DNA of 64,000 bases from a virus (Duplodnaviria > Caudoviricetes): IMG/VR virus record IMGVR_UViG_3300026116_000035. One strand, written 5' to 3'. Under the pieces are notes generated by a model. It did not search any database and was not told the DNA's origin. It saw only the letters and a list, made by a program, of their open reading frames with translations. Every line of letters starts with the position of its first letter. Position 1 is the first letter of the stretch. This document shows, piece by piece, positions 10,401 through 19,107 of this stretch. A program made the translations under genes and the position numbers.

Positions 10401-13400
10401 ATGGCTGAAAATTTTCAAGATAATATAAGTTATGGCGGATCAACCTTAGCGGTGAGCGGAGATGCTGTTGCTATAGGATCAACAAATGCCGGAGCAAAAA
10501 GTGTTATTTTTAATAATACTGGGTCACAAGGGCATTTAGCGTGGCAACCTACAGCTAATCGAACAATTAATTTACCTGATTCTGGTGGTACTCTCCAATT
10601 AACTGGTCAAGCGCCTGGTGCTCTTGCGGCTGGTACCCAAACTGCTACTTCAGGAACTATAGTATTTAGTAATTCTAATGGTCTTACTTTTGGTATGAGT
10701 AATTCCAGTGTAGTCACGGCAAGTTATACAGTTCCTTCTACAGCTGGTTTAATCTCTAATATTAACGTTTCCGCCGGTACTACTTCCAATAATCTTTCTG
10801 CTCTTACATTTAGTAATTCGAATGGTCTAAGTTTTGGATTAAATGGTTCTACTATCACTGGATCATACACAGTTCCAAACGTTCCTGCCCAAACTAATCA
10901 AACTGTAGGATTATATGCTCTAGGTAATACTACACAAAACAGCTCTACTACTTTAGATGCTAGAACTTTGTCATTTAATGGTTTGGGAGCAGCAACTGTA
11001 GGATATTCTAATGGATCGATTCAGGTTTCAGTCCCTGTACAATCAGCACAAACACAAAATGTAATTCAAGCAATATCAGGTGGTACTAGTAGTCAAAGCT
11101 CAGGTACTATTGTTTTTGGAAATTCTAACGGTATTACTTTCGGATTATCAAATGGAACAATTACTGCAACAGTAAACCCTGGAGCTGCAGCAGGTTTAGC
11201 AGCAGCACAAGCCGGTACTCAAACTGCTACTTCTGGTACGTTAGTATTTAGTAACTCAAACGGTATTTCTTTCGGTATGAGCAATTCTAGCGTTGTTACA
11301 GCTAGCTATACTGTACCTTCTACCGCTGGATTAATTTCAAATATTAATGTTAGTGCAGGTACTACTTCTAATAATCTTTCAGCTGTAACTTTTAGTAACT
11401 CTAATGGTTTAGCTTTCGGATTAAATGGATCGGTTGTAACTGGTTCATATACAGTTCCTACCCAAACTGCTCAGACTATTGGTTTATATGCTTTAGGTAA
11501 TACTACACAAAACTCTAGTACAACTTTAGACGCAAGAACATTAAGTTTTAACGGATTAGGTATTATTACAGCTGGATATTCTAACGGCTCTATTCAATTA
11601 TCAGCTACCCAATCTGCTCAAACACAAAATGTAGTTGTTCCTTCTGCCGGAACTCAAACTGCTACATCAGGCACTGTAGTATTCAGTAATTCTAACGGTA
11701 TTTCTTTCGGTATGAGTAATTCTAGCGTTGTTACAGCTAGCTATACAGTTCCAACACAAACAAATCAAAGTGTAGGCCTTTATGCATTAGGAAATACTAC
11801 ACAGAATAGCTCAACTACTTTAGATGCGCGAAGTTTATCTTTTAATGGTTTAGGTATTATTACGGCTGGTTATTCTAACGGATCAATTCAAATTTCAGCC
11901 ACTCAATCAGCTTATCAATTTAGTAACTCAAATAACGTAAGTTTTGGTACAAATGGTTCAACTGTTACTGCTACTGCTACTTTTGCTCAAACTAACCAAA
12001 CTGTAGGATTATATGCTTTAGGTAATACTACTCAAAATTCTAGTACTACATTAGACGCTAGAACATTATCTTTTAACGGATTAGGTGCTGCTACAGTCGG
12101 TTACTCTAATGGATCAATTCAGATTTCAGTACCTACTCAAACTGCTCAAACTCAGAGTAATATTCAAGCAATTTATGATGGAGCAAATTCTATTAGTACC
12201 GGAACAATTCGTTTTTCAAATTCTAATGGAGTTTCTTTCGGAGTTAATGGTCAAACATTAACAGCATCAGTAGCAGCTCAAACAAATCAATCAATCGGCG
12301 TTTATGCTGTAAGTAATACTACACAAAGTAGTTCAGGTACCTTAGATGCTCGTTCTTTATCTTTTCAAGGGGCAGGTATAGCTTCTGTTGGTTATACAAA
12401 TGGATCGGTTGTTATTTCTGTACCTTCAGGTGGTGCAGGTTCAGTTAATATTTCGGCCGGTACTACTTCAAATAATTTAACTAACTTTGTGTTTTCAAAT
12501 TCCAATAACGTATCTTTCGGATTAAATGGATCTACTGTTACCGCTACTGTAACTACTCCTGCACAAACAGCTCAAACTGTCGGTCTTTATGCTTTGGGCA
12601 ATACTACTCAAAATAGTTCAACTACTTTGGATGCTCGCACTCTAAGTTTTAATGGGTTGGGTGCAGCTACTGTAGGATATTCTAATGGATCAATTCAAAT
12701 TTCTGTACCAGTTCAATCAGCACAGACTCAAAGCAATATTCAGGCTATTTATGATGGTGCTAATTCAATAAGTACTGGCACAATACAATTTGCCAATGCT
12801 AATGGTGTTTCATTTAGTATTAACGGTCAAACAATAAGTGGTTCAGTTGCAGCTCAAACAAATCAAACTATAGGAATTTATGCTACTTCGAATACTACTG
12901 GAGCTTCAAGTTCTAGTACTTATGATGCAAGAAGTATAACATTTCAAGGGGCAGGTATAGCTTCAGTTGGTCATTCAAATGGGTCTGTAATTATCAGCGT
13001 TCCTTCAGGTGGTGGAGCTGGTGATGGCGTTAATATATTAGCAGCTGGTACTCAAACCGCTAATACAACCGGAACTGTATTATTTAGCAATTCAAATGGT
13101 ATTTCTTTTGGTATGAGTAATAGTTCCATAATTACAGCAAGTTATACAGTTCCTACTCAGACTGCTCAAACTATTGGACTTTATGCCTTAGGTAATACTA
13201 CACAAAATAGTTCTACTACTTTAGATGCACGAACTTTATCTTTTAACGGTTTAGGTATCATTACTGCTGGATATTCTAATGGTTCAATTCAGTTATCTGC
13301 TACTCAATCTGCTCAGACACAAAATGTAGTTGTCCCTTCAGCTGGTACACAAACAGCTACTTCTGGAACTGCAATATTTAGCAATTCTAATGGTGTTTCT

Positions 13401-14762
13401 TTCGGTATGAGTAATAGTTCTGTTATTACTGCATCATTTAATGGAACTTTAAATTCAGTTGTGTTTTCTAATGCTAATAATATTACTTTCGGGTCTGCTG
13501 GTAATACTACAATTACCGCGTCTTATTTAGGTGTTAATTATTCAGCAGGTACAACCAGTAATAATTTAGGCTCTATAGTATTCAGTAACTCAAATGGAGT
13601 ATCTTTTGGATTAAATGGATCAACTATAACAGCTTCAGCTTCATTACAAACTGAGGGGCTTTATGCACTCGGAAATACTGTTGGTCAAAGTTCTTCAACA
13701 ACTATTGACCCGCGATCTCAATCAATCTCAGGTATAGGAAATATTTCAGTAGGTTATTCGGCTGGAGCGATTATTATATCAGGATCAGGTGGTGGAGGTG
13801 GTGTAGCCTTATCTGCCGGCACAAATAGTACATCGACTGGAACTGTAGTATTTAGTAATTCAAACGGTATTAGCTTTGGTATGAATACCGATGGTGTTGT
13901 TACCGCCTCTGTACCAGCAATAGCAGGATCAGATGTTGTATTTTCAAATTCAAATAATATAATTTTTGGAAATAATGTCAGCACGATCACAGCAAGCGCA
14001 GTGCCTTATAATATATCCCAATTAGATCCTTTTGGTTATTTGCCAGTTGTTAGCAATTCAGGTTTAGGACAAAATTCATTATATTTCGTTCCATTTGATG
14101 TTCCTGAATATTTGAGTGCTAATCGTATTAATGTTTTCGTTTCAGTGGCAACAACATTCGTTACAACAGCCAATAGCTCTGGTACAGGTGGTTATACTCA
14201 AAGTGCAGCAATTTATGTAAGAGATTCTGGAACAAATAGTACTCGAATAACTTCTCAATGGTCAGGAAGTTGGTTTATGAGTTATTCAGCCAGCAGCGGC
14301 ACGCAAATAAAAATAACATATCCTAATGGTATTTCGAATTCAACAGCGGTATCTACAAATAGTACCGGATTAACAACATCAAACGCTTCAACATTTCCAT
14401 TAAATAGCATTGGTGGATATAGAGCTATTGCTATGCCGATTAGTTCAATTATGACTCCTGGGCGTTATTGGTTAGCTATAGCTAATTCAAGTACTAGTAA
14501 TAATGCCGTCGCAATTTTAAATTGTAGCGTTATGCAAGTTACATATAGTAATAATATAGCTTTTAGACCATTTGGAACATCTTCGGCAGCTAGCAATGCT
14601 TCATTTTATGGAATAAGAGATGGATTAGGTACATATAGCGTTACATCTAACGCTTTCCCTGGAACTGTTATTATGAACTCTGATTCAATTCGAGCAGCAG
14701 TTACAGGTATTATTCCATATTTTAATTTCTCTGGGTATACAACTGCAACTAATATGATTTAA
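10401..14762 (+). CDS. Giant modular repeat fibre protein 2 (1453 aa), paralog of fibre 1
   Basis: Same module types (about 25) in a different order; N-terminal RTINLPDSGGTL fibre-type motif; distinct ~250-aa C-terminal head. Confidence 0.75.
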   Translation: MAENFQDNISYGGSTLAVSGDAVAIGSTNAGAKSVIFNNTGSQGHLAWQPTANRTINLPDSGGTLQLTGQAPGALAAGTQTATSGTIVFSNSNGLTFGMSNSSVVTASYTVPSTAGLISNINVSAGTTSNNLSALTFSNSNGLSFGLNGSTITGSYTVPNVPAQTNQTVGLYALGNTTQNSSTTLDARTLSFNGLGAATVGYSNGSIQVSVPVQSAQTQNVIQAISGGTSSQSSGTIVFGNSNGITFGLSNGTITATVNPGAAAGLAAAQAGTQTATSGTLVFSNSNGISFGMSNSSVVTASYTVPSTAGLISNINVSAGTTSNNLSAVTFSNSNGLAFGLNGSVVTGSYTVPTQTAQTIGLYALGNTTQNSSTTLDARTLSFNGLGIITAGYSNGSIQLSATQSAQTQNVVVPSAGTQTATSGTVVFSNSNGISFGMSNSSVVTASYTVPTQTNQSVGLYALGNTTQNSSTTLDARSLSFNGLGIITAGYSNGSIQISATQSAYQFSNSNNVSFGTNGSTVTATATFAQTNQTVGLYALGNTTQNSSTTLDARTLSFNGLGAATVGYSNGSIQISVPTQTAQTQSNIQAIYDGANSISTGTIRFSNSNGVSFGVNGQTLTASVAAQTNQSIGVYAVSNTTQSSSGTLDARSLSFQGAGIASVGYTNGSVVISVPSGGAGSVNISAGTTSNNLTNFVFSNSNNVSFGLNGSTVTATVTTPAQTAQTVGLYALGNTTQNSSTTLDARTLSFNGLGAATVGYSNGSIQISVPVQSAQTQSNIQAIYDGANSISTGTIQFANANGVSFSINGQTISGSVAAQTNQTIGIYATSNTTGASSSSTYDARSITFQGAGIASVGHSNGSVIISVPSGGGAGDGVNILAAGTQTANTTGTVLFSNSNGISFGMSNSSIITASYTVPTQTAQTIGLYALGNTTQNSSTTLDARTLSFNGLGIITAGYSNGSIQLSATQSAQTQNVVVPSAGTQTATSGTAIFSNSNGVSFGMSNSSVITASFNGTLNSVVFSNANNITFGSAGNTTITASYLGVNYSAGTTSNNLGSIVFSNSNGVSFGLNGSTITASASLQTEGLYALGNTVGQSSSTTIDPRSQSISGIGNISVGYSAGAIIISGSGGGGGVALSAGTNSTSTGTVVFSNSNGISFGMNTDGVVTASVPAIAGSDVVFSNSNNIIFGNNVSTITASAVPYNISQLDPFGYLPVVSNSGLGQNSLYFVPFDVPEYLSANRINVFVSVATTFVTTANSSGTGGYTQSAAIYVRDSGTNSTRITSQWSGSWFMSYSASSGTQIKITYPNGISNSTAVSTNSTGLTTSNASTFPLNSIGGYRAIAMPISSIMTPGRYWLAIANSSTSNNAVAILNCSVMQVTYSNNIAFRPFGTSSAASNASFYGIRDGLGTYSVTSNAFPGTVIMNSDSIRAAVTGIIPYFNFSGYTTATNMI

Positions 14763-14805
14763 TAAATGAATAATATTAATATTTAATTATATATGGAGTT
14801 ATAGT

Positions 14806-15480
14806 TTGGCAATTTCAATCGTACAAGTATTACCACTAAGTGAAAGTAACGGGCCCTCTGGAGCTACATTTCATGCAGCAAGTCTAGGTGGCGTTAATTT
14901 TACTGCCGGTAATACTGTATTTTATTGTCATTCATACTGGTTTCAAGCTCCTACTAGTTTATCTATAGCTGGCTCTGCTGCAACACTTGATTTAGCTCGA
15001 CAAACTACTTCTGGTGATCTTCTTCAAATTTGGAGATTATCAAATGTTGGTAGCGGTCGTGATGACGTTGTACTTTCCGGTGATGCTGGTGGTTATAATT
15101 GTGGGGCCATTTTAGAAGTATCCGGCCTTGATTCAAATCCACTAGATCAAATTTCAGGCCCATCTTCCGGAACTGATAATCAACCAACAGCATCAACAAG
15201 TACTACTACTGTCGCGGATGAATTAATAATTGCTTTATTTGCTAATGGTAGCGATGGAGGTGGTTCTTCTCCTCCAACTGGTTATTCATTATTATATCCG
15301 TCAGCACAAGAAGGTGGTTCAGGTGCCTATAAAATTGTTTCAGCAACTGGAACGCAAAGTGTAACATTTACTACTCCAGGAAATATCGTTTGGGTTTGCG
15401 GTATAGCTACGTATAAAGCCGCAGATACTGGAGTAAGTGGAGTTACAATTCCAACATATAGCTCTTACATTACCGTATAA
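14806..15480 (+). CDS. Small beta-rich fibre-associated/structural protein
   Basis: TTG start with GGAG RBS; 224 aa, Ser/Thr/Gly-rich, follows the fibre genes. Confidence 0.5.
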   Translation: MAISIVQVLPLSESNGPSGATFHAASLGGVNFTAGNTVFYCHSYWFQAPTSLSIAGSAATLDLARQTTSGDLLQIWRLSNVGSGRDDVVLSGDAGGYNCGAILEVSGLDSNPLDQISGPSSGTDNQPTASTSTTTVADELIIALFANGSDGGGSSPPTGYSLLYPSAQEGGSGAYKIVSATGTQSVTFTTPGNIVWVCGIATYKAADTGVSGVTIPTYSSYITV

Positions 15481-15646
15481 TTTTCAAAATACTCGTTATA
15501 TAGATTAAAACTTGAAAATTCAGGGTATTTGTATATTTTTTAAAATATTTTGCACGGAATGATATATAAATATAAGTAAAAATTTTGTCGACCAAAATTG
15601 ACGTAATAAATTTTAAAATAAATAGTTAAATCTTGGAGAAAGAAAT

Positions 15647-16387
15647 ATGGGAAATAAGCCTGAAATTATAATGATGGATACAGCTGGTGCGCATAATAAT
15701 GATCTTGAAGGTAGTAGGGCAAGATTAATGCGTGGAGGTTCTTGGAAACGACAAAATATAGTTGTGGTACTTCCGGCCTCAAATACAATTTCAACAAGAG
15801 TTATGTTATCACATTGGAATTTAGCTTTTCCTCCGAATAACGGTGTTGTGAAAATAATAACTCAAAATATGGAAGTTGGCGACGCTTATTCATCAACCAT
15901 CGAGATGGTTTTAGCTGATCCTAATTTATCTAAGTTTCAATTTTTCTTGTTCATAGAACACGATAACATTCCGCCTTCTGATGCTGTTTTAAAATTGCTT
16001 GAAAGAATGGAAGAGCATCCAGAATATGCAGCAATTTCGGGCGGATACTGGACAAAAGGGCCCAACGGAGTATTTCAGGCGTGGGGCGACGTTAAGGACC
16101 CAGTATTAAATTTTCGCCCTCAATTACCTGATCCTAACGGTGGTCTTATTGAATGTTGTGGAATTGGTATGGGGTTCGCTATATTTAGATTAGATATGTT
16201 TAAAGATGTAAGACTTCGTAAGCCGTGGTTTCATACTCAAACTGTCGGCGGGGTTAGCACTCAAGATTTATATTTTTGGTCTGATGCTCGTAAGGCAGGA
16301 TATCGCTGTGCTGTAGATTGCAGCATAAAAGTGGGTCATTTTGACGCGGACGGATCGATCGGAGGGATCCCGGAATTTACTTGGTAA
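15647..16387 (+). CDS. GT-A fold (GT2-like) glycosyltransferase
   Basis: FLFIEHDNIPP (DxD-like metal motif), GIGMGFAIF, PWF, and QDLYF...KAGYRCAVDCSIKVGH, the typical GT2 C-terminal motif. Confidence 0.85.
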   Translation: MGNKPEIIMMDTAGAHNNDLEGSRARLMRGGSWKRQNIVVVLPASNTISTRVMLSHWNLAFPPNNGVVKIITQNMEVGDAYSSTIEMVLADPNLSKFQFFLFIEHDNIPPSDAVLKLLERMEEHPEYAAISGGYWTKGPNGVFQAWGDVKDPVLNFRPQLPDPNGGLIECCGIGMGFAIFRLDMFKDVRLRKPWFHTQTVGGVSTQDLYFWSDARKAGYRCAVDCSIKVGHFDADGSIGGIPEFTW

Positions 16388-16435
16388 TGATTTAAATTAA
16401 TATAATTAATTTAAATTAATATAATAAAGATAATA

Positions 16436-17386
16436 ATGAAGAAAAAAAATGAAGATGAACTTAATAATTTAAATTGTGATATTTGGAAAATATATTTAAT
16501 TTATCGTATTGATGATAATGGTGAAATATGTAATAAAGTTTATATTGGTCAAACATGCCGAAGTATAAATAAAAGATTTCAATGTCACATAACTGATAAA
16601 AAAGGAGGATGCATTAAATTATTTAATGCATTTAATAAATATGGGCGTGAAAATTTTAGAATTATAACATTAGCTGAAACAAAATGTCATGATTGTGCTA
16701 ATTATTTAGAAGCAACATTAATAAATCAATATGATAGTATTAATAATGGTTATAATATAAGAAATGGTGGCAGTAACGGTAAATTATCTGAAGAGACTAA
16801 GAAAAAAATATCTCAAAGTAGAATTGGTAAATATACCGGTGAAAATAGTTCTTTTTATGGACGCCATCATACTGAAGAAAATAGAAAAAAAATATCTGAA
16901 TTAACAAAAGCTAGAGTTCAAGGTGAAGATAATCCTTTTTTCGGTAAGAAACATACTGAAGAAACTAAAAAAATATTAGTTGAGATGACAAAAGCTAGAG
17001 TTCAGGGTGAGGATAATCCTATGTTTGGTAAAACTCATTCACCAGAAACTATTAAAAAAATTTCACAAAGTAGAATTGGCAAAACCGCTGGAAAGAATAA
17101 TCCAATGTACGGTAAAAGACATCCACCAGAATTATTAAAACAAATAGCTGAATCACATAAAGGTCAAGTTGCCTGGAATAAAGGTATACCCAATTCAGAA
17201 GCAGCTAGAGAAAAAATGAAATTAGCCTGGGTAAAACGAAGAGCTCAAAAAGAATTGGCTAAACAGATGAAAAATTTCTACGGCTCAACAATTGGGGCAA
17301 AACTCGATTTAACTGAATCAGAGATTGATAATTTAGAAATTAAAGAATTTAAATATAGTTTTCAAAATAATAAGGAAGATAAATGA
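16436..17386 (+). CDS. GIY-YIG homing endonuclease with NUMOD3 repeats
   Basis: KIYLIY...VYIGQT..I.KRF..H, E...I......NGYN; four GExN(P/S)(F/M)(Y/F)G(K/R).H repeats. Confidence 0.9.
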   Translation: MKKKNEDELNNLNCDIWKIYLIYRIDDNGEICNKVYIGQTCRSINKRFQCHITDKKGGCIKLFNAFNKYGRENFRIITLAETKCHDCANYLEATLINQYDSINNGYNIRNGGSNGKLSEETKKKISQSRIGKYTGENSSFYGRHHTEENRKKISELTKARVQGEDNPFFGKKHTEETKKILVEMTKARVQGEDNPMFGKTHSPETIKKISQSRIGKTAGKNNPMYGKRHPPELLKQIAESHKGQVAWNKGIPNSEAAREKMKLAWVKRRAQKELAKQMKNFYGSTIGAKLDLTESEIDNLEIKEFKYSFQNNKEDK

Positions 17387-18024
17387 CGGAAGTAACAAAG
17401 ACAGAAGAAGTAAAACCGCTACGATTGGATTTCGGATGTGGCCCAAATAAACTCAAAGAAGCTGGTAAAGAATTTATTGGCGTTGATGCAATAGCTTTTC
17501 CAGGAGTAGATGTTGTATTAGATCTCACTGAAAAAGAATCATCAGTTCAGAATAAAGATTTTTCAGTTACACATAAATATAAGAAATGGATTTGGGAAGA
17601 TAATTCAGTAGATGAGATTCATTGTTCACATTTTCTTGAGCATTTAAATATGGAAGAGCGATGTCACTTTATGAATGAGACATATCGTATTTTAAAGCCT
17701 GGAGCACAATGTAGAATTATTGTACCGCATTGGGCTAGTGCAAGAGCTTATGGTGATGTTACTCATGATCCCATGCCAGTTTCAGAATTCTTTTTTTATT
17801 ATTTATCAAAGCCGTGGAGAGAAGCAAATGCACCTCATACGGTAGCTTCTGAAAGAAATCCCAATTTATTTCATGACGAAGTGGATTTTGCTGCAACATG
17901 GGGATATTCTTTACATCAATCATTACTTGTACGAAATCAAGAATATCAGACATTTGCGTTAGGTTTTTTTAAGGAAGCTGCACAAGATATAATTGCAACG
18001 CTAACTAAAAATGTAAAACAGTAA
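17383..18024 (+). CDS. Class I SAM-dependent methyltransferase (Methyltransf_11-like)
   Basis: LRLDFGCG motif I, FIGVD, DNSVDEIHCSHFLEHL, YRILKPG...IIVP. Confidence 0.9.
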   Translation: MTEVTKTEEVKPLRLDFGCGPNKLKEAGKEFIGVDAIAFPGVDVVLDLTEKESSVQNKDFSVTHKYKKWIWEDNSVDEIHCSHFLEHLNMEERCHFMNETYRILKPGAQCRIIVPHWASARAYGDVTHDPMPVSEFFFYYLSKPWREANAPHTVASERNPNLFHDEVDFAATWGYSLHQSLLVRNQEYQTFALGFFKEAAQDIIATLTKNVKQ

Positions 18025-18027
18025 AAT

Positions 18028-19107
18028 TTGAAACATTATTATTTAGATTCGGCCGCACATGTTCCGATGTCAATAGCGGCCCAGAGAGCATATATAGACT
18101 TTCAGAATTCAGAAATTTCACCGGGACATGCTAGTTCATTAAATTTAATTGGAAGAAAAGTATCCGGATTAATTGAAAAAGCTAGAGTAGAAATTTCTGA
18201 ATTATTGGGGGCTGAAAAATCTTCACAGATAATATTTACAAATACATGTACGGAGGCATGTAATTGGGCTGTGGAGATAATATTTAATAAAGCTAAAAGT
18301 GATATAGTTTATTATTCTCCATTTGAACATTCTGCTATTAAATATTTAACAGAAACCAAAAATAATATTAAAAAATTAAATATTATAAATGGTAAAGTTA
18401 ATGAATTTAATAATAAATATAATATATGTATGCATGTTCAGAATGAGGTTGGATTAATTCAGCCAATAGAGAAGTTTACTGGATATTTATTTAGTGATAT
18501 GAGTCAAAGTTTGGGGAAAATAAAGATAAATTTAAAAGAAAGTAATGTGAATTTAGCTTGTTTTTCCGGACATAAGATTGGGGCCGGGTCAATAGGGATA
18601 TTATATATAAAAGATAATAAGGATTGGGTTACATATGGGATGGGTTCTAGGTATTATCAGGATAGGGTGGGTAGTCCTGATGCGGCTGGAATAATTGGGT
18701 TAGCGGCGGGATTGAGGGATAATTTGAGTAAAATGGATGATAAAGTTATTCAGATGAAAGAATTTAGAGAAAGTTTGGAAAAAAGATTAAAAAGTTATGG
18801 ATTGAATGTTATATATGTAGAGGAAGATAGAATAGCGAATATATCGATGATTCATCTTCCGAAGGTAGCTCATTTAGTATTAGATGAGTTATCAGAAAAA
18901 TTTAATATACATTGCTCATTAGGGGCAGCGTGTTCATCGAAGTTAACTACGACAAATCCTACGATGTCAGTTTTAGGATTTGAAGGATCGGTTAATGATT
19001 TTTTGCGAATATCTTCAAATGGGGATTATGGTAAAAAAGATGGTGAATATGTGGCAGAAACAATTATTAATATAACAAAAAATTATAAGGTAAAATATGG
19101 AACATAA
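18028..19107 (+). CDS. iscS: Cysteine desulfurase, IscS/NifS family (PLP-dependent, class V)
   Basis: YLDSAA, FTNTCTEA.N, EHSAI, QNEVG.IQPI, DMSQ, PLP-lysine motif SGHK, catalytic GAACSS, LRIS. The symbol is family-level only. Confidence 0.9.
   Translation: MKHYYLDSAAHVPMSIAAQRAYIDFQNSEISPGHASSLNLIGRKVSGLIEKARVEISELLGAEKSSQIIFTNTCTEACNWAVEIIFNKAKSDIVYYSPFEHSAIKYLTETKNNIKKLNIINGKVNEFNNKYNICMHVQNEVGLIQPIEKFTGYLFSDMSQSLGKIKINLKESNVNLACFSGHKIGAGSIGILYIKDNKDWVTYGMGSRYYQDRVGSPDAAGIIGLAAGLRDNLSKMDDKVIQMKEFRESLEKRLKSYGLNVIYVEEDRIANISMIHLPKVAHLVLDELSEKFNIHCSLGAACSSKLTTTNPTMSVLGFEGSVNDFLRISSNGDYGKKDGEYVAETIINITKNYKVKYGT

Noticed and set aside
5100-14000. Possible CRISPR array or non-coding repeat region
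   Set aside because: The repeats are in-frame protein modules whose differences fall mostly at synonymous positions; there is no constant repeat with unique spacers.
5100-14000. Ice-nucleation or antifreeze protein
   Set aside because: S/T/G/N-rich, but it lacks the AGYGSTxT 8/16/48 periodicity or a regular TxT ladder; the termini look like phage fibres.
9778-14762. Diversity-generating retroelement acting on the fibre heads
   Set aside because: No reverse transcriptase in the window and no template/variable repeat pair differing only at adenines.
16390-16425. 17-bp direct repeat and inverted repeat (atttaaattaatataat) upstream of the GIY-YIG gene
   Set aside because: Composed only of A and T in a very AT-rich spacer, so chance or slippage is sufficient; no supporting context.
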